A stretch of DNA of 64,000 nt. It comes from Zancudomyces culisetae HAW-14-8. Lineage: Eukaryota; Fungi; Kickxellomycota. Under the pieces are notes generated by a model. It was not told the origin of the DNA. It saw nothing but the letters and a program-made list of their open reading frames with translations, and made no database searches. The stretch's first letter is position 1; each line of letters starts with the position of its first letter. Positions 30,401 to 45,700 of the stretch are shown piece by piece. The stretch is taken from assembly GCA_052426225.1 (NCBI GenBank), contig JBNJNM010000011.1, forward strand, positions 4,154,001-4,218,000. Reading direction: 5' to 3'. The translations under genes were made by a program, and so were the position numbers.

Positions 30401-33400
30401 AGAATGGGGGAAATGGTAAAATGATTTTTTCATATGTCGAAGGGTTGTTAGTAAAGGCGATTAAGGAAGGGAAATGGATTCTACTGGACGAAATTAACTT
30501 GGCAACTGCAGAGACACTGGAATGTCTGAATGGACTAGTAAACAGTGCAGAAGGAACACTTTTATTGTATGAACGAGGTGATATCGAACCCATTAAACGA
30601 CACGAACGGTTCAGGTTATTTGCATGTATGAATCCAGCAACCGATGTGGGAAAGAAAAACTTACCAGAGAGTTTGAGAGCGCGATTCAGTGAATTTTATG
30701 TGATGCCAATTGACAAAAATGAGGGAGATTTGAAAATGATTGTGGAGAAATATTTGGGCGATGTAAACATGAGTGGCAATACCAATAGGAGTGAGAAACC
30801 CATAAACAAGCTAGAGGTGGTTAATCGAATTGTCGAGTTTTACAGGCAGAGTCGAATGCTGGCTAAGGATTTCAAGCTTGCTGATGGAGCACAGCAGCGG
30901 CCAGACTATAGTTTGCGAACGTTGACCAGAGCGTTGAGTTTTGCCAAAAAGTACTCTAGGCTATATGGAGTAAGAGAAGCAGTGTATGAAGGGATATATA
31001 TGAGTTTTATTACGCAACTGGACCAACAGAGCAAGAACGAGTTGACAAATCTGTTAAACAAGCTGATTTTTTCAGATATCGGTGGCAATAGTAATGGAAA
31101 GAATAATGCCAGTAGTATAAGGAATGAGATGGATAAGGAGTATGTAAAAATTGGTAAATACTACATACCAAAACTCAAACAGGCAATACAACCAAGTAGT
31201 GAGGACAATGAGGAATATGTAGTTACCAAATCAGTAGCTGAAAAGATGGAAAACCTGGCAAGAGCAATCATGGCACACGACTATCCAATTCTGATCCAGG
31301 GTCCAACATCAGCAGGCAAGACATCGATGGTAGAGTATCTAGCAAAGCTAACGAACCACAAATTTGTGCGTATTAACAACCACGAGCATACAGATCTACA
31401 GGAATACATTGGTAGCTATGTTAGTGGGGAGACGTTGGAATTCAAGGAAGGGTTGTTGGTTGATGCGCTACGTAATGGGTATTGGCTGGTTCTGGACGAA
31501 TTGAATCTGGCACCAACCGAAGTGCTCGAAGCACTGAACCGGCTGTTGGACGATAATCGCGAGTTGGTAATCACAGAAACGCAACAAGTGGTGACTCCAC
31601 ATCCGGAATTTATGCTGTTTGCGACGCAGAATCCAGCAGGATTGGCCTATGGTGGACGTAAGCATTTGAGTCGTGCGTTCAAAAACCGGTTTTTGGAGTT
31701 GAATTTTGACGCGTTGCCGCCGACAGACGAGTTGGAAACTATTGTTATGCAGCGATGTGGAGTTTCTCCGGGTCAATCAAAAAAACTGATTGGAGTATAT
31801 ACCGAGTTGGTATTTCAAAAATCACAGTTATCAGTATTTCAAGCCGGTGGTGGTAATGCTGGTGGAAGCAATAGCAGTAGTAGCGGGGGAGGAGGCGGTG
31901 GTGGTGGCGGTGGTGGTAATTCTGGATTTATCACGTTACGTGATTTATTTAGATGGGCCAATCGGATTTCCAAACACGAAAGTGCGGTGAGCAATGAGTT
32001 GATTGCACAATTTGGATATATGCTTCTAGGCGAGCGAATTCGAAACAATGGAGAAAAGCAGCTAGTCAAGCAAGTACTAGAAAGAGTTTTTAAAGTAAAA
32101 ATTGATGAACAACAGCTATATTCATCCGAGCATCTCACTCGTCTATTGCAAGAATTCGGCGTGCGTGAAAGTGGTGTGATTTGGACATATGCGATGCGGA
32201 GACTTTTTATTTTGACAGCAAACAGTTTGAAATACAACGAACCAGTACTACTAGTTGGCGAGCCAGGATGTGGAAAGACGATGGTGTGCCAATTGCTGAC
32301 GAACAGCACAGTCAATGTACTCAATTGTCATCAACATACCGAGACATCTGACTTGCTAGGTGGTCTGCGACCTGTCCGAAACAGACAAAACTATATCAAT
32401 AGCGCAGTACTGTATGCCAAACAATACCTTGAACTATCTGCGAACACTGCTACTGAGGGTGGTGACGATATTTACGCAAACAAATCGTTTTGGACCAAAC
32501 TGGCACGGTTGGTCGGCGATGATGATTTCAGTAGTGCTGGTGATAACAGTACGGAGCTCGCTAGAGTGGCAAAGTTGGCAGTGGCGAATTACCAAAAATC
32601 ACGAGCGCTGTTTGAGTGGGTTGATGGTATCCTGACCAAATCGATGAAAAATGGCGAGCCATTCCTGCTAGACGAAATCTCGCTGGCTGAGGATTCAGTC
32701 CTGGAACGACTCAACAGTGTATTGGAACCCAAACGGACACTGTTGCTAGCCGAACGAGTCGACATGAATGTCACTAGTGACGATGGCGAAAGCGATGGCA
32801 ACTTTATAGTGGCAAAAAGTGGATTCCAATTCATGGCAACTATGAATCCTGGTGGAGATTACGGCAAAAAGGAACTAAGTCCAGCACTCCGCAATCGGTT
32901 TGTGGAGTATTACGTACCCAACATAATCAACAACACAGAAGACGTGACCAATATTTTGGTTGGCAACCTGAAACTAGCAAGTGCTGAGTTGGAAGAGTCG
33001 GTGGCGCGGATAGTAATTGAATTTATTGGGTGGTTTGGAGATATGTTCTTTTCACAAAGCAGTATCAATGACTCTAATATAATCACTATCAGACACTATA
33101 TTGCATGGTGCATGTTTACTAACAAGACATACGTACATTTGGGACTCCGACAGGCAGTTGTGCATGGTGGGTGTTTGGTGTTATTGGATGGGTTGGGCAC
33201 AATCGACTACATAAGTGCAGTTGCATTGAGTCTATCTGGATCATCATCATCATCAGATATTAGTGAGAGTGGCAACAAGAAACGAATTCGTGCTGGGTGT
33301 ATCAATAAATTGATTGAACTTTCAGCAGTACTTGATCGTGGTGAGAGTGCAGAATTTGACAAGACTCTGTTGTTTGTTGATGATAAAAACAGTGGTGACT

Positions 33401-33739
33401 TGAGACAGCGGATTGAATACAACAAGACAATTTCGGCAGCCGACAAGCGATACTTTGGGATATTCCCATTCTATGTTGAAATTGTAACCAAAAATGGCAT
33501 CCAATGTGATGTGGAGGCAATAATCAGAAATTATGCACTACATTCACCAACGACTTTTAATAACCTGACCAAGATACTACGTGCACTGCAAATCAACAAA
33601 CCTGTTTTGCTGGAAGGATCTCCTGGTGTTGGTAAAACGACAATTGTCGAAACTATAGCAAAACTAACCAACAAAAGCTTGGTTCGGATCAATTTGAGTG
33701 ACCAAACTGACCTGGTAGATTTGTTTGGAACTGATTTGC

Positions 33740-33776
<37 letters not shown>

Positions 33777-36700
33777 CAACAATAATGATGGTGATGATAA
33801 TAGCAGTAGTGGTGGTGGTAGTGGTGGTCGTGTGGATGAAGTCTTTGCATGGAAATCTGCACCATTCCTTACCGCAATGCTGAACGGTGACTGGGTTCTA
33901 TTAGATGAAATTAATCTGGCATCACAATCTGTTCTTGAAGGTTTGAATTCTGTATTGGATCATCGACAAGTTGTGTATATTTCCGAACTCAACAAGACAT
34001 TTAACTGTCACAGCGAATTCAAAATCTTTGCGGCCCAAAACCCAATGTCACAAGGTGGTGGCAGAAAGGGATTACCAAAGTCATTTACCAGTCGGTTTGT
34101 GAATATTTATATTGATGAATTGGAATATACTGATTATTTGACCATTCTACTCTCTTCAAGACTGGGTAATACTAATAGTAATGGTAATGATAGTGATGGT
34201 GATGGTAATAGTTATAAGCAGTACATTGATAAGCTAAAAGAAACATGCCTTAAATTCAACCAATTGGTCTGTTCTCATTTCACCATGTACGAATTCAATT
34301 TGCGTGATATAAACAGATGGTTAGACATCACTCTGACCACACACTCGACCAAATCATCATCAAATACGCTATGCGATCCTCTTGATTTCATTTCCATCTG
34401 CTACCTAAACCAAATGAACAATGTTTCCGACTACAATAAAATGAAGCTACTCATTGCGGAATTTTTCAAAATTGATCCAAATTATTTCGATAATTTACAG
34501 ACAACTTTTAATTACAAAACTGATATGTTGACAATAGGAAATGCCACCATCAATAAGGATGAATATCAAACACAACAATCCGATTCAACTACAACACTTT
34601 CTAGCGATCTTAATAGTAATGGTATTAGTAATAGTAATGGTATTAGTAATGGTAGTGGTAATATGGAGTTAATGATCAAGAAATCCGACACTCAATCACT
34701 ACAATCTCTTATCCATGCAATCAACATGAATTGGATGTCGATTGTCTACGCCACCAATGCAGCACATCTTATCAAAACCGCAGCATACCTGACACATAAC
34801 CGGCTCGAGATCTTTACAATGAACGGTTCAGTAGATACCCTGGAACTGCTCGGTAGTTATGAAAAGTTTGATGTACACAGACACATAAACAAGTTTCTGC
34901 ATGCCTTAAATGATACCATTTCGTGGCTCATCCAACACTTGCTTTTATCCAGACAATTGGATCAGCGACATGTTATTGATCACAGCGAAAAATTGACTAT
35001 GTTTTATAACTATATCTTGAAGTGTATGAGCGAAGATTCTGAATCTTCACTACCAACCTCACCCAAAAACAACGACAACGACAATAATAATAATAACAAT
35101 AGTAATAGTAATAGTAGTACACATCGAGTGTTGAATTTCAACTATATCAACCAAATATTTACATTTATTTCCTCCATCGAATATCTCGACCAACATACAA
35201 GAACACGAATTGAGGAATTATACAACCAGTATCATAATTTGATACTATTACTTGATAATAATACTCTACAAGATGGAACGGATACGAATAAGAACAAGAA
35301 TAAAGGTGGGATGTTTGAGTGGGTAGATGGAATACTCATCAACGCATTGTTAGAAGGAAATTGGTTGTTGATAGACAAGGCTAATCTATGTAACCCATCG
35401 ATTTTGGATAGATTGAATTCGTTACTAGAACCACCAAATTCCAAACTAGTAATTACAGAATCTGGTTGTTCATCTTTTAATTCCAATTCCAATTCTAATT
35501 CCAATTCCAATTCCAATTCCAATTCCAATTCCAATTCCAATTCTAATAACCAAAAATCTGGAATTGATGAAGAAATACGAACAATCATCCCACACAAGAA
35601 TTTCCGTCTTTTCTTAACCATCGATCCAACTAGTAGTAACCAGCTCAGTCGTGCAATGAAAAACCGTGGGTTGTCTATATACAACCATGGCAATCTTCAA
35701 CAATTCACTGGCAACAGTGATGGTGGTGGTATGAACATGTTTGTTGATTACTTTGACTATATCAAGATGGCTAATTCCATTGGGCTTTACAACTTTGATT
35801 ATATTGACAAGTGTATTTCTCCACTTTTACCAACTGATGTATCTGATAGACCAGTTGGAAACATGAATATCAAGGAATTGTTTGTAATGAATGCTAAACT
35901 AGCCTTGGAAAAACTACAACGTGGTTATTATTACTCTACAAATACAAATACAGATGCTGATACAGATGCAAATGCTGAAGTTGATGCTGATGCGAATACT
36001 GATAGTAATCAACTCTTGGTAGATTTTTTCAAGAACAACTCAAACTTACTTCCAATCCATAATAACGAATTCAGCAATTTGGGATTGTCAACTGCACACT
36101 TGTATTCAAGACTCCTAAGCCACTCACTAGCATTTTCTAGTAGTTACAAACAGAACATGAATAATCAGTATTTGGCTTATACTTTACCTCTGGCCATTAT
36201 TTCACATTTGAATGTCGATTTCGATACCAAATACCTTGTGGAACTGTTGAAGCTAGAAACAAGAATCCAAGGAACCAACATTGACGGCATGGATTCGATC
36301 ATCAAGTTGTTGATGTTGCTTAAGGATTCCGATCATACCGTACAAAAGAGTAATGTATTGTATGATTTAGTTGATGCTATCAGCAAATGTTATTCCACAA
36401 CTTGTCCAAAATACTCCAATTTACTTTCAATTGACAAATTTGCCAACCCGAGATTACTTTCCCGTCAACTGAAACTGCAACAATTGCAACAACCTTATCG
36501 ATTTTCCAGAGATATCAATATCAATACCAATATCAATACCAATATTGAGACTGAGACCAATACCGATTCTATTGCGGTTGGCGACAGTGTTGATGACGTA
36601 TATTACTGTCTGTTATTAAAATTATTCAATTTACATGTTTTCCACTTTCTTTTGACTCAAAGACTGTTTGTTGACGATGAGTTGGCTACTGACACAGACA

Positions 36701-39700
36701 GAAACGGAACTGAAATTGGAATCGGAATCGGAAATTTTGTGTTGAACTGCGAGTATAGAGATGGTGGTCGGTTACTTGATAGTTTCTATTCACTGTATAG
36801 TCACACAACTGTGATTTTAAATAACTTTATCTCTCGAGTTTTGGAATTTTCCACTTTAGTCTCAGACACCAATACCGATATCAATAAGCAAGACGAAATG
36901 GATATGGAAGTCGATGTTAATGTTAGTAATGAAAATGGAAATGACAGTGTTAGTCATAGTCATAGTAATAATAATACATATGCGATACCAAAATCCGAGT
37001 TGCAACATATTGTGGATTGTTGTCAGTTAATTGAACGCTTACTTGACATACTAACCACTCCAATCCTCAACACATCACCATCTAAGAACGATGGTAGCAG
37101 TAAAAAAACCATGCTAAGTCTGAACTATTTGCTGTTCACCTTTGATTCATATTTACAACACTTTAAACAACTGATCAGTAGTTTTGATCGTTTGGCTAGT
37201 ATTGCACCTCTTTCAGCATTTGTTGGCCAAGACACCTATGACTTTATAGTTCTTCAATTGGTTCCACTTATTTATGGCCCAAACCATCGCTGCTACTTTT
37301 CACTCCACCATACTGCGACTGAACTTCACAAACGGGTATCACAACCTATTCTTGATGGATCTGAATGTAAACATGAACTGTTTGATATCCAACATTTGGA
37401 AGCGTCTCTTATGTATAAACTAACACCAATCATAGATACCAATTCTCTGTTGTCGCTTGCCAGCAATGTCAACAATAGTATCACCAATAGTGATGAAATC
37501 GGTGTGAACGAGATTTCGCGATTTGTTGATGGTAGCAGTGAAAAGATAAGCCGCTTGTTGAAGTATATTGGGGATAACAAGCAACAAATTGATAGCAGAT
37601 TGGTGGATTCCATCTCTACAATTTATTCACTGTACTTGAAGCATCAGTTGGATTCCAAACCCAATACTAGTACCAATGCTACTGGTGGTAGCGATGGTGA
37701 GGATCACTTGTTGGGAACGTTGATTACTGCTATCCTTGGTGATTTGAGTAAATACCTAAATACGCTAGCCACTTCCTCGACCCTCCCACAACTGGAACAG
37801 CAACAACAACAACAACAACAACAACAGCAACAGCAACAAGTTGGTAATGAAGCTGATGCTGTAGATTTGCGAATCTTTGATTTGGTGGAATACAAGTGTC
37901 TGAATAGACAGCTAATTACCCAGCTTTTTGTTGAATCTAACTTTGGCAAACCAACCACAAGCTCAAACAATACAAATCAGTCAACGACACTGATCAACAG
38001 ACATTTGAAACATAATCTATATTCATTTGGATATTTGAAGAATCTTGTATTAAACAACCTACTAACAATTGAAAATAGCAATAGCAACAGTAATAGTAAT
38101 AGTAATATCGAAAATGGTATCAGTGATCGAAATGAAAACAAACAAGCCATCTTGTTGAAACTGTTGCATGAAAAGCTGTATTACCATTACTTGACACTAT
38201 TTACTTCTTCCACATTGGCAGCTGATAGTAAGAGTGACGTTTCTATTGAACGACAACTTATTCATACACTGACCACTACACTTGTTGGAATTACAGAATT
38301 GGCAAATATTTCCAATTTTGGATACTACTACTCGGAACTTTCACCTACCATTCACAAAAAGATTTCGGGCCTGTTATCGATCCACACTAGCGATTCGAAT
38401 GCTGTTGATGTAGGAGACTGTCTGGAATACCTAAACCTGCTGTACTTGCTGTATGTGTCGGTATACCAACTCGATACCACCACAACTCCTCCAGCTGGAT
38501 CAAAATTGGGTGGTGAAATTGACCAATTGTTTGTTGACCTGATTGTGTTGCTTGGCAAGCCGAGCGAATACTATAATACACAACTTGTTGCTGCTTTACA
38601 TCGACTTTCTGCACACTTTGCAACACTTGTGACGACTGAGGATGATAGTAATAATAGTAATAATAATATCATGCAATCTGGGTTATTGTTGACAGTTGGG
38701 GCGATTACCAACATCATTTTTAACGAGTCGCTTGGGCTGTTTATTATGTATGTTTCGACCACCGATAACCACAGCGTTGCAGACCGGAAGGTGTGTTTCT
38801 TGAAGGCCAAATTACTGCTTACATATACAATTTTGTCTCTAGTGGTTCCAAAGACACATCCAGTAAACCACAACTACCGTGTGTTGTATAACATTAGTAA
38901 TGCGGTTGGAAAATCAAGGTTCTATGATGCAAATTACCAAGCCAACTACTTGGTTGGATATCTCACAACCACGTCTTCAAACACTCTTCCATCATCTAGT
39001 GTAGCTACCCATTATGGTAATAGCTCTGGTAATGGTAATGGTAGTGGTAGTGGCGTTGGATTTGAGGATCAAAGTACCAAGTACTACCGCTCTAAATATT
39101 TACAATGCCTTGATTCAATCAACGAGTACACTTCTTCCTTCAAACATGTTTTGTCTTCAGGCACACCACAATCAGCACCATCTACTGCTGATGAATCAGA
39201 GTACATAGGCCACTGGCAGGCTATAACCAATATCCTCACCAACATCATTCCACTACAAACCGTGCGACAGCTTGAGGTGTTGACAGTCGACCAGCTAACG
39301 CTTCTAAACAACAAATTAAGGTTCACCATCAACAAACACTTTGTTCAGAATGATCAGTCTAGTGTTGATGGTATTCAGGTCGTGTGGACAACTCTACTAT
39401 TGTCCATGTATTCGGATATGATGGGATGTCTGGACCACTTTAAATCATCAGTACATTACAACAGACAGTTTGGAAAAGTTGTCACAAATGATGCTCATCC
39501 ACCTCATCCAACCACTGTTGTAAAGACGCTCTGTACTTTCCCAATTAATTTCCATTCAGCTGACTATAAATTCGCCACTCTGTTCACAAGTAAAGATACC
39601 TTACAATTTATTAAGCAGCTAGCATTGGCAAAACATGGGCAATCCGATGTGGATGCAGATGCCTATTCAAGTATTGGTAGTACCATGTACATTTCAAACA

Positions 39701-42700
39701 TTCCAGCTACAGTCGTTGTCAAAAACAGCACCACTTTTCGTTTCGATGGTTCTGAATCGGCTTTGTATCAACGCTACCTATTGCTTTTGCTTTTGCGACA
39801 CACAGCATTGACAATATCAAATGGCCGCCACAGTAAAAATGCTGATGCTAGTACTGAATTGCTAGATACTCTATTTGGTGAATACTACAAAGTTGGAAAT
39901 CTTATTGAAGATTATACCTACCACAACAAGATTGAACAGGCCAATCTGTACAAAAACAGGCCTAACAGTGCTAATCAATCTGAACATGGTCAAACCGGAA
40001 ACGGTGACGAACTTGATGAAGAAGAGAAGGATAAGCAAACGTGGTTCCCAACCTTTTCAGAACTCGAAAATATCAACATCGATGGTCTGAACGATAACCC
40101 ATCTTCTTATACAGATTCAAACCAAGCGGAGAAGGCCAGAGTTACTGTAAATCCAGTTCTTGATGAAACCATTCTAAACAAATTTATTACCTGTTTCAAG
40201 TATTTGGCAAATTATTCCGCAAGTAAAGCCGCATTACCATCAGAACTGAGTCACAACGATGATAGTGATAGTGATAGCGATAGCGAGGATGTTTTGGGAC
40301 TGTTTTTAATGATGTTGTCTAGCCAGTTCAATTTATTGAACAGTCAATTGGGCAACTTGCTTTTGGATACTTCAGTATTGAACAATTTGGGATCATCGAC
40401 TGGTTCGTTATCAACATTACTTTCCGCATTTAGAAACAATTTCTTGCTGAATAGTAACATTAATCATTTATTGAAAAAGTTCCAATCAACCGAATCTAAA
40501 TCCAAGAAAAATTCAAAGACAAAATCAAAATCAAAGACAAAGACAATTTCGGCATCAAAGTCCAAACAAACAAGTAGCAACTCCACGCTACATTCACTCT
40601 TATATTCCAGCAACAACGATATCCTGGCTACAGATTTTGAAATATACGATTTCTATCATGACCCTAACGTTCCCCAAGCCATGTTATTGCAAGATATTTT
40701 GGGTCCACTGAAAGCCAAAATCCAAAAGCTGTTATCAAACAGCCAAGATATAGATCAGGATCAGGATCAGGATATGGATGATTCCGCAATTTTCCTCAGT
40801 TCATTGGAAAGTGCATTCTTGGAGCTGCTCGTAGTTATTGACAGGATCTTGGTTGGTTTTAAAATCTTTGATACAAGTGTGTACAAATATCTTGTATTCC
40901 TCGAACAACTTCATGTAAAGTTAGACGAGTTCCAAAAATACTACTTTTCATCATCAGCAACGTCCAAAAAACACCAAGATGATGATGATCAAGAAGAAAA
41001 AGATAAAGATGGTAAGGATGGTAAGGATGGTAAGGATGGTAAGGATGGTAAGGATGGTAAGGATGGTAAGGATGGTAAGGATGGTAAGGATAGTTGGCTG
41101 AGAGGATTTGGTACTGAATTGAAGGCAATTACCGACCTAATAATCAGTTGGAGACAACTTGAACTCAACAATTGGCCTCGGCTTATGGACCTCGAATTCT
41201 ACAGACTGTCACGCAAAAACTCGAATGTCTACTGGTTCTACTTGTACAAAATCTTTGCAAACTCCAACCTCGGCCAAGACAAAATGGAATTTGTCAGGCT
41301 TATTGATCAATTTCTCTCCACCAGTCCAATCTGTGAATTTGAACATCGGTTGGATCTATTACAAGCGTTTATCAATTACTCTTCTACTTTTACACAAATA
41401 AGCACAAGCTCAAACTCAAACTCCAGCTCTAATGCTGTTGGTATTGCGAACATCGTTTCTTACTATTCAACATTTGTTCCAGCTATCCGTACCCACATTG
41501 ATAATCTACACAGTTCAGTTTCCACAAAACTCAAGCAATACGTCAAAATCTCTAGCTGGTCTGATGTTAATCCCATTGCTCTCCGCCAATCTGCCAAGAA
41601 ATCCCACTCCTTGCTAGCCAAATGTCTGCGTGAATTCAGGGACGGCCTGATGCTGCACTCCAACAACGTCATTGAAACGTACTTGCACTCACTTTCCAGA
41701 CTTTCAAACATCGCCAGCAACGGTATACGTATACAGTCGACATTTGAGTTTGGTGCCAGCAGCGGTTTGGTTGTTGATTCGTTCTTGATAGCCAAAAATC
41801 AATCCACTGAAATGGTACTACATAATAACTCGTTGCTACCGCTAATGGGGTTGGATTCTCATGCGCAATATGATCAGCTGGTTAATTTCGACACATGGCA
41901 ATCCAAACGGTTCTCAAAGATTGCCAACTTGCACACATTAATCAACGCACCATATTTTGCCCAATCTCTCAACAACCTCGCCGACTTTTTCATCTCGGAC
42001 ATTTATGAACAAGTGAAATACTATCAAACACTTACCTACCAACCACAAGATACACAACCATCCGATACCAAGAAACCTGATAACCATAAGAGCAAATTCT
42101 GGTCGTTGAATAAACAACTGGCTAACAAGTTTTTGGTTTCAACTTGTAAAACCCTTCGGTCAGATCACGGTTTGAAAAAGACCACAAATGTGTTGGTAAA
42201 ATTCAACCTTGTCAATACTTTGCTTGATCACCAACAACGTCACTTATCCTCTGCTCTCTTTGGATCAACTTGTAACAGCTCCCACACCGACAGTTGTAAT
42301 AACAGTAACAATAACAATAACGATAACAATAAAAATAATAGTAGTCAAGATAGCAGTACTTGTTCTTGTTGCTTATCGCCTGATCAATCAACCAAGCTAT
42401 TCAACATCCTCTCACTATTCAACCAAACCATAAACAAATTCTTCAAATCATCCTCAAATGCCCCCACAACCAATCCAAACGACGGCATCCTCTCTCCAAA
42501 CCACCAACTCTCTCTTCTTGGACTGTCCACCAACTATATTCAAACCTGTTTAGAACTCGTTAAACATTCTACAGAAATTATTGACGCTATAAACCTACAC
42601 AAACTGCTGATCCAGTACCTTGGCTCGACTCTTTGCTCTCCAAGTGCCGGGAACAAACAACACAATGTAACTTCGGGGCAAACTTCTGATCTAGAGCACT

Positions 42701-45700
42701 TTTTAGAGTACAAATCATTTGTAAACTCCTTTTTGGTCATTTGTGCCCAGCTTGCTACCTCCTCTCAGTTATCCAGTAACATTTCTGTAAATGGTGTCGA
42801 AAACGATTCTACAAATTCACAGAATGCAATTCTTGAATCGATAATCAACATTCAAGAATTCAAGCGTCTAAATTCCAAATTCGCTAGTTTCTATTCCCAA
42901 TACTTGAAGTATACACCTCTCTTTAAGACACCCACCACTACAGGTATAGATTCCAGTTCTAGCTCTATCTCTAGCTCTAGCTTTAGCTCTATAGCTACAG
43001 TTGTTGGTTTTAATGGAGGTGAATATAGGGAATTGATGCAATCTACTGAATCCCTAGTTAATCAGGCTATTGAAAACATCAACACTTATAATAAACAACA
43101 AGGTCATCGAAACACCAGTGGTGGAAATGATATCAAGCTCGACTTGAATACATTGCTGTCAGCACTACTATCATTCCATTCTGCCAACACCAACACCAAC
43201 AGCGCTGTTCTCATTAATCCAGTCAATGGTACTGATGCGACTGTTCAGGATATCGACAAGAATCCAAACACTACATCTACATCTACGTCCGCAGATGCAG
43301 ATGCAGATGCAGATGCAGATAAGGACTCCGATTTGCACCAGTTACTAAACCAGCTATGTGTGGATATCACGCTTTCCATCCAGAACTTTATAGTTTTCAA
43401 TACTGAGTTTGTGAATACCAAGAAATCCCTTGATTCTCGAGATAGCCTCTCCGAAGAAAACGAACATCAATTAAAAGACCTCGGAGTCTCTGACCTGCTC
43501 AAGTATATATCAACCCTTCATCGCACACTGCTATCTCCAGAACTTCTCCACAGCACCATAATTCGATCAACAACAAACATGTTATCCATATCGACTAGTA
43601 CTCAAGGTATACTGACACCTCTGCTTACACTCTACCACGAGTTCCTGACTCGAATCCTTCCAATCGTCTCGGATATCCAGGCCGTAGTGATAGATACTTG
43701 CCACACCCTCGTAACTTCTACATGCTCAATCGTTAGTAATGGTTTGTTGACTAACTATCAACATCCATCAGCTGATGATTCTCAGGCAAAAGAGGGTGAA
43801 GAGGACGATAATTCCAATTCTAACAGTAAAAACAATGGTCCTCAAAGCTTTAATTGTGATGATCCTGATCAAGCTGATAACGAAAACATTGATTATAACG
43901 AGCTAAATAATGTGAGCAACGAAATCGAGGATCTTAGCCAAGTCAACAATACCAACAAGAACAATGATGACAACAAGAACAACCCGGACTACGGAAACAA
44001 CGATGATGACAAGGATAATGCTCTTGATATGGATAATGATGGTGAACTAGGTGATGCTGACTTTGACATGTCAGATAATGATGCTGACAGTGGTGATGAT
44101 AGCGATGATGAAGAAAACGGTTTTGATGAGCAGCTGGGCAAAGTCGATAACAACGACCCTACCGCGATTGACGAGAAATTGTGGAATGATGATGAAAACA
44201 AGGACGATGGGGATAATAGCAATGAAAATAACAAAGCTGAACAATCTATTGATAACAACAACATCATCAACGACTCTATGGATTCGGAAATGGTTGCCAA
44301 GGATGAACCAGAGAACGAAGCTGATAAACAGAATGCCAATGATTCTTCCAATCCACCAGATTTTAACAACAACAACAATAATAATAACAATGATGATGAT
44401 GACGTAGACAACATCAACGATAACAGCAACAACCCCGATGATATTGATTTGATGAACAAGGACCAACAGCAACCACAGCTGGAATTGCCTGAAGATTTTA
44501 CATTGGATGATCTGGACAACGACCAAAACCAAGATGAAGACACCAACGAACCACAGGACATGCTTGACGACACTGAAAAGTACAATGAAGATGAATACAT
44601 GGACGTTGATAATTCTACAAACCCACAGGAACAAGAAGCACAAAACCAAGAAGATGTGGCAATTGAGGATGTAGAAAACACCCAGAATGAGGATATCATT
44701 AGTAACACAAATGATACTTTGGCCCCGACAGATGAACAAGATAACGAAAATGGGAATGAGGATCAAGGTGAAGGTGAAGATGAGGATGCAGGTATGGATC
44801 AAGACGAGGAGCCAGAAGAACCAGAGCCCGAATACAACCCGTCTACTGCATTTGCTGACAACAATGACAATCAGCTGGAAAATCCTCAAACCGACGAAAA
44901 CAAATTCAATGACAATACATTTGGATTCGACAATCCTAACCCGATCGCCAACCAAAAGAACGAACTCCAGAGACTACAGCCAGAGGATTCTGATGTCCAA
45001 GATTCCAAACAGGAGTCATCTACCAGTGATACTACTACCAATAGTAACAACAATTACAATAATAACTTGAATAAAAATAATAGTAGCAACAACAAAACAA
45101 CTAAAAATATCAGCAAACCCGACCTAAATCCTGATGCTGATGACAATCAGGAAACACAAGAACAACAGCAGGACAGCGAGAAAAAGAGTGAAATGGAAAA
45201 TGATGACACCGAGGATGGTGATGTCAATAACCAATTCAACAAATTCGATACCTCTTCGCTCCAGGAAATCTTTGAAGATTGGAAATTGCGACTCAAGAGT
45301 CAGCTTCAACAACCTGAATCCACATCTGACGATGAAAATGAAGATGAAAATGATGGTGGTAATGAAGAAATGGACGATGTTGACAATTCCGCTTACCAAA
45401 AGATTCCTCAAGACAAAGATCAAGACGTAACCAACACCAAGGACTACACCATTGATGACGATACTGATGCAAATAATAACGATTCGTCAACCAAACAGCA
45501 GGACGCTGAAAAGATCAGTGATTTGCTAAAAGCCTCGGCTGAAAAGGAAAACACTGGCAATCAGCACGAATCTGGGCCTGCCGAGTCTGCCACTTCCAAT
45601 GGTGATGAGCCTGATAACCAGGAACACGAATTGAAAAATGAGCTGTATACAGAGTTTTTGAATTCGCACATGTCTACTGGTACTCAACCGTCTTCCACCA

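Noticed and set aside
41008-41088. Tandem repeats as a CRISPR-like array
   Set aside because: No spacers; these are in-frame coding microsatellites in a eukaryotic gene.
43989-45490. Long antisense and alternate-frame ORFs in the MDN1 acidic tail
   Set aside because: Shadows of low-complexity D/E/N codons.
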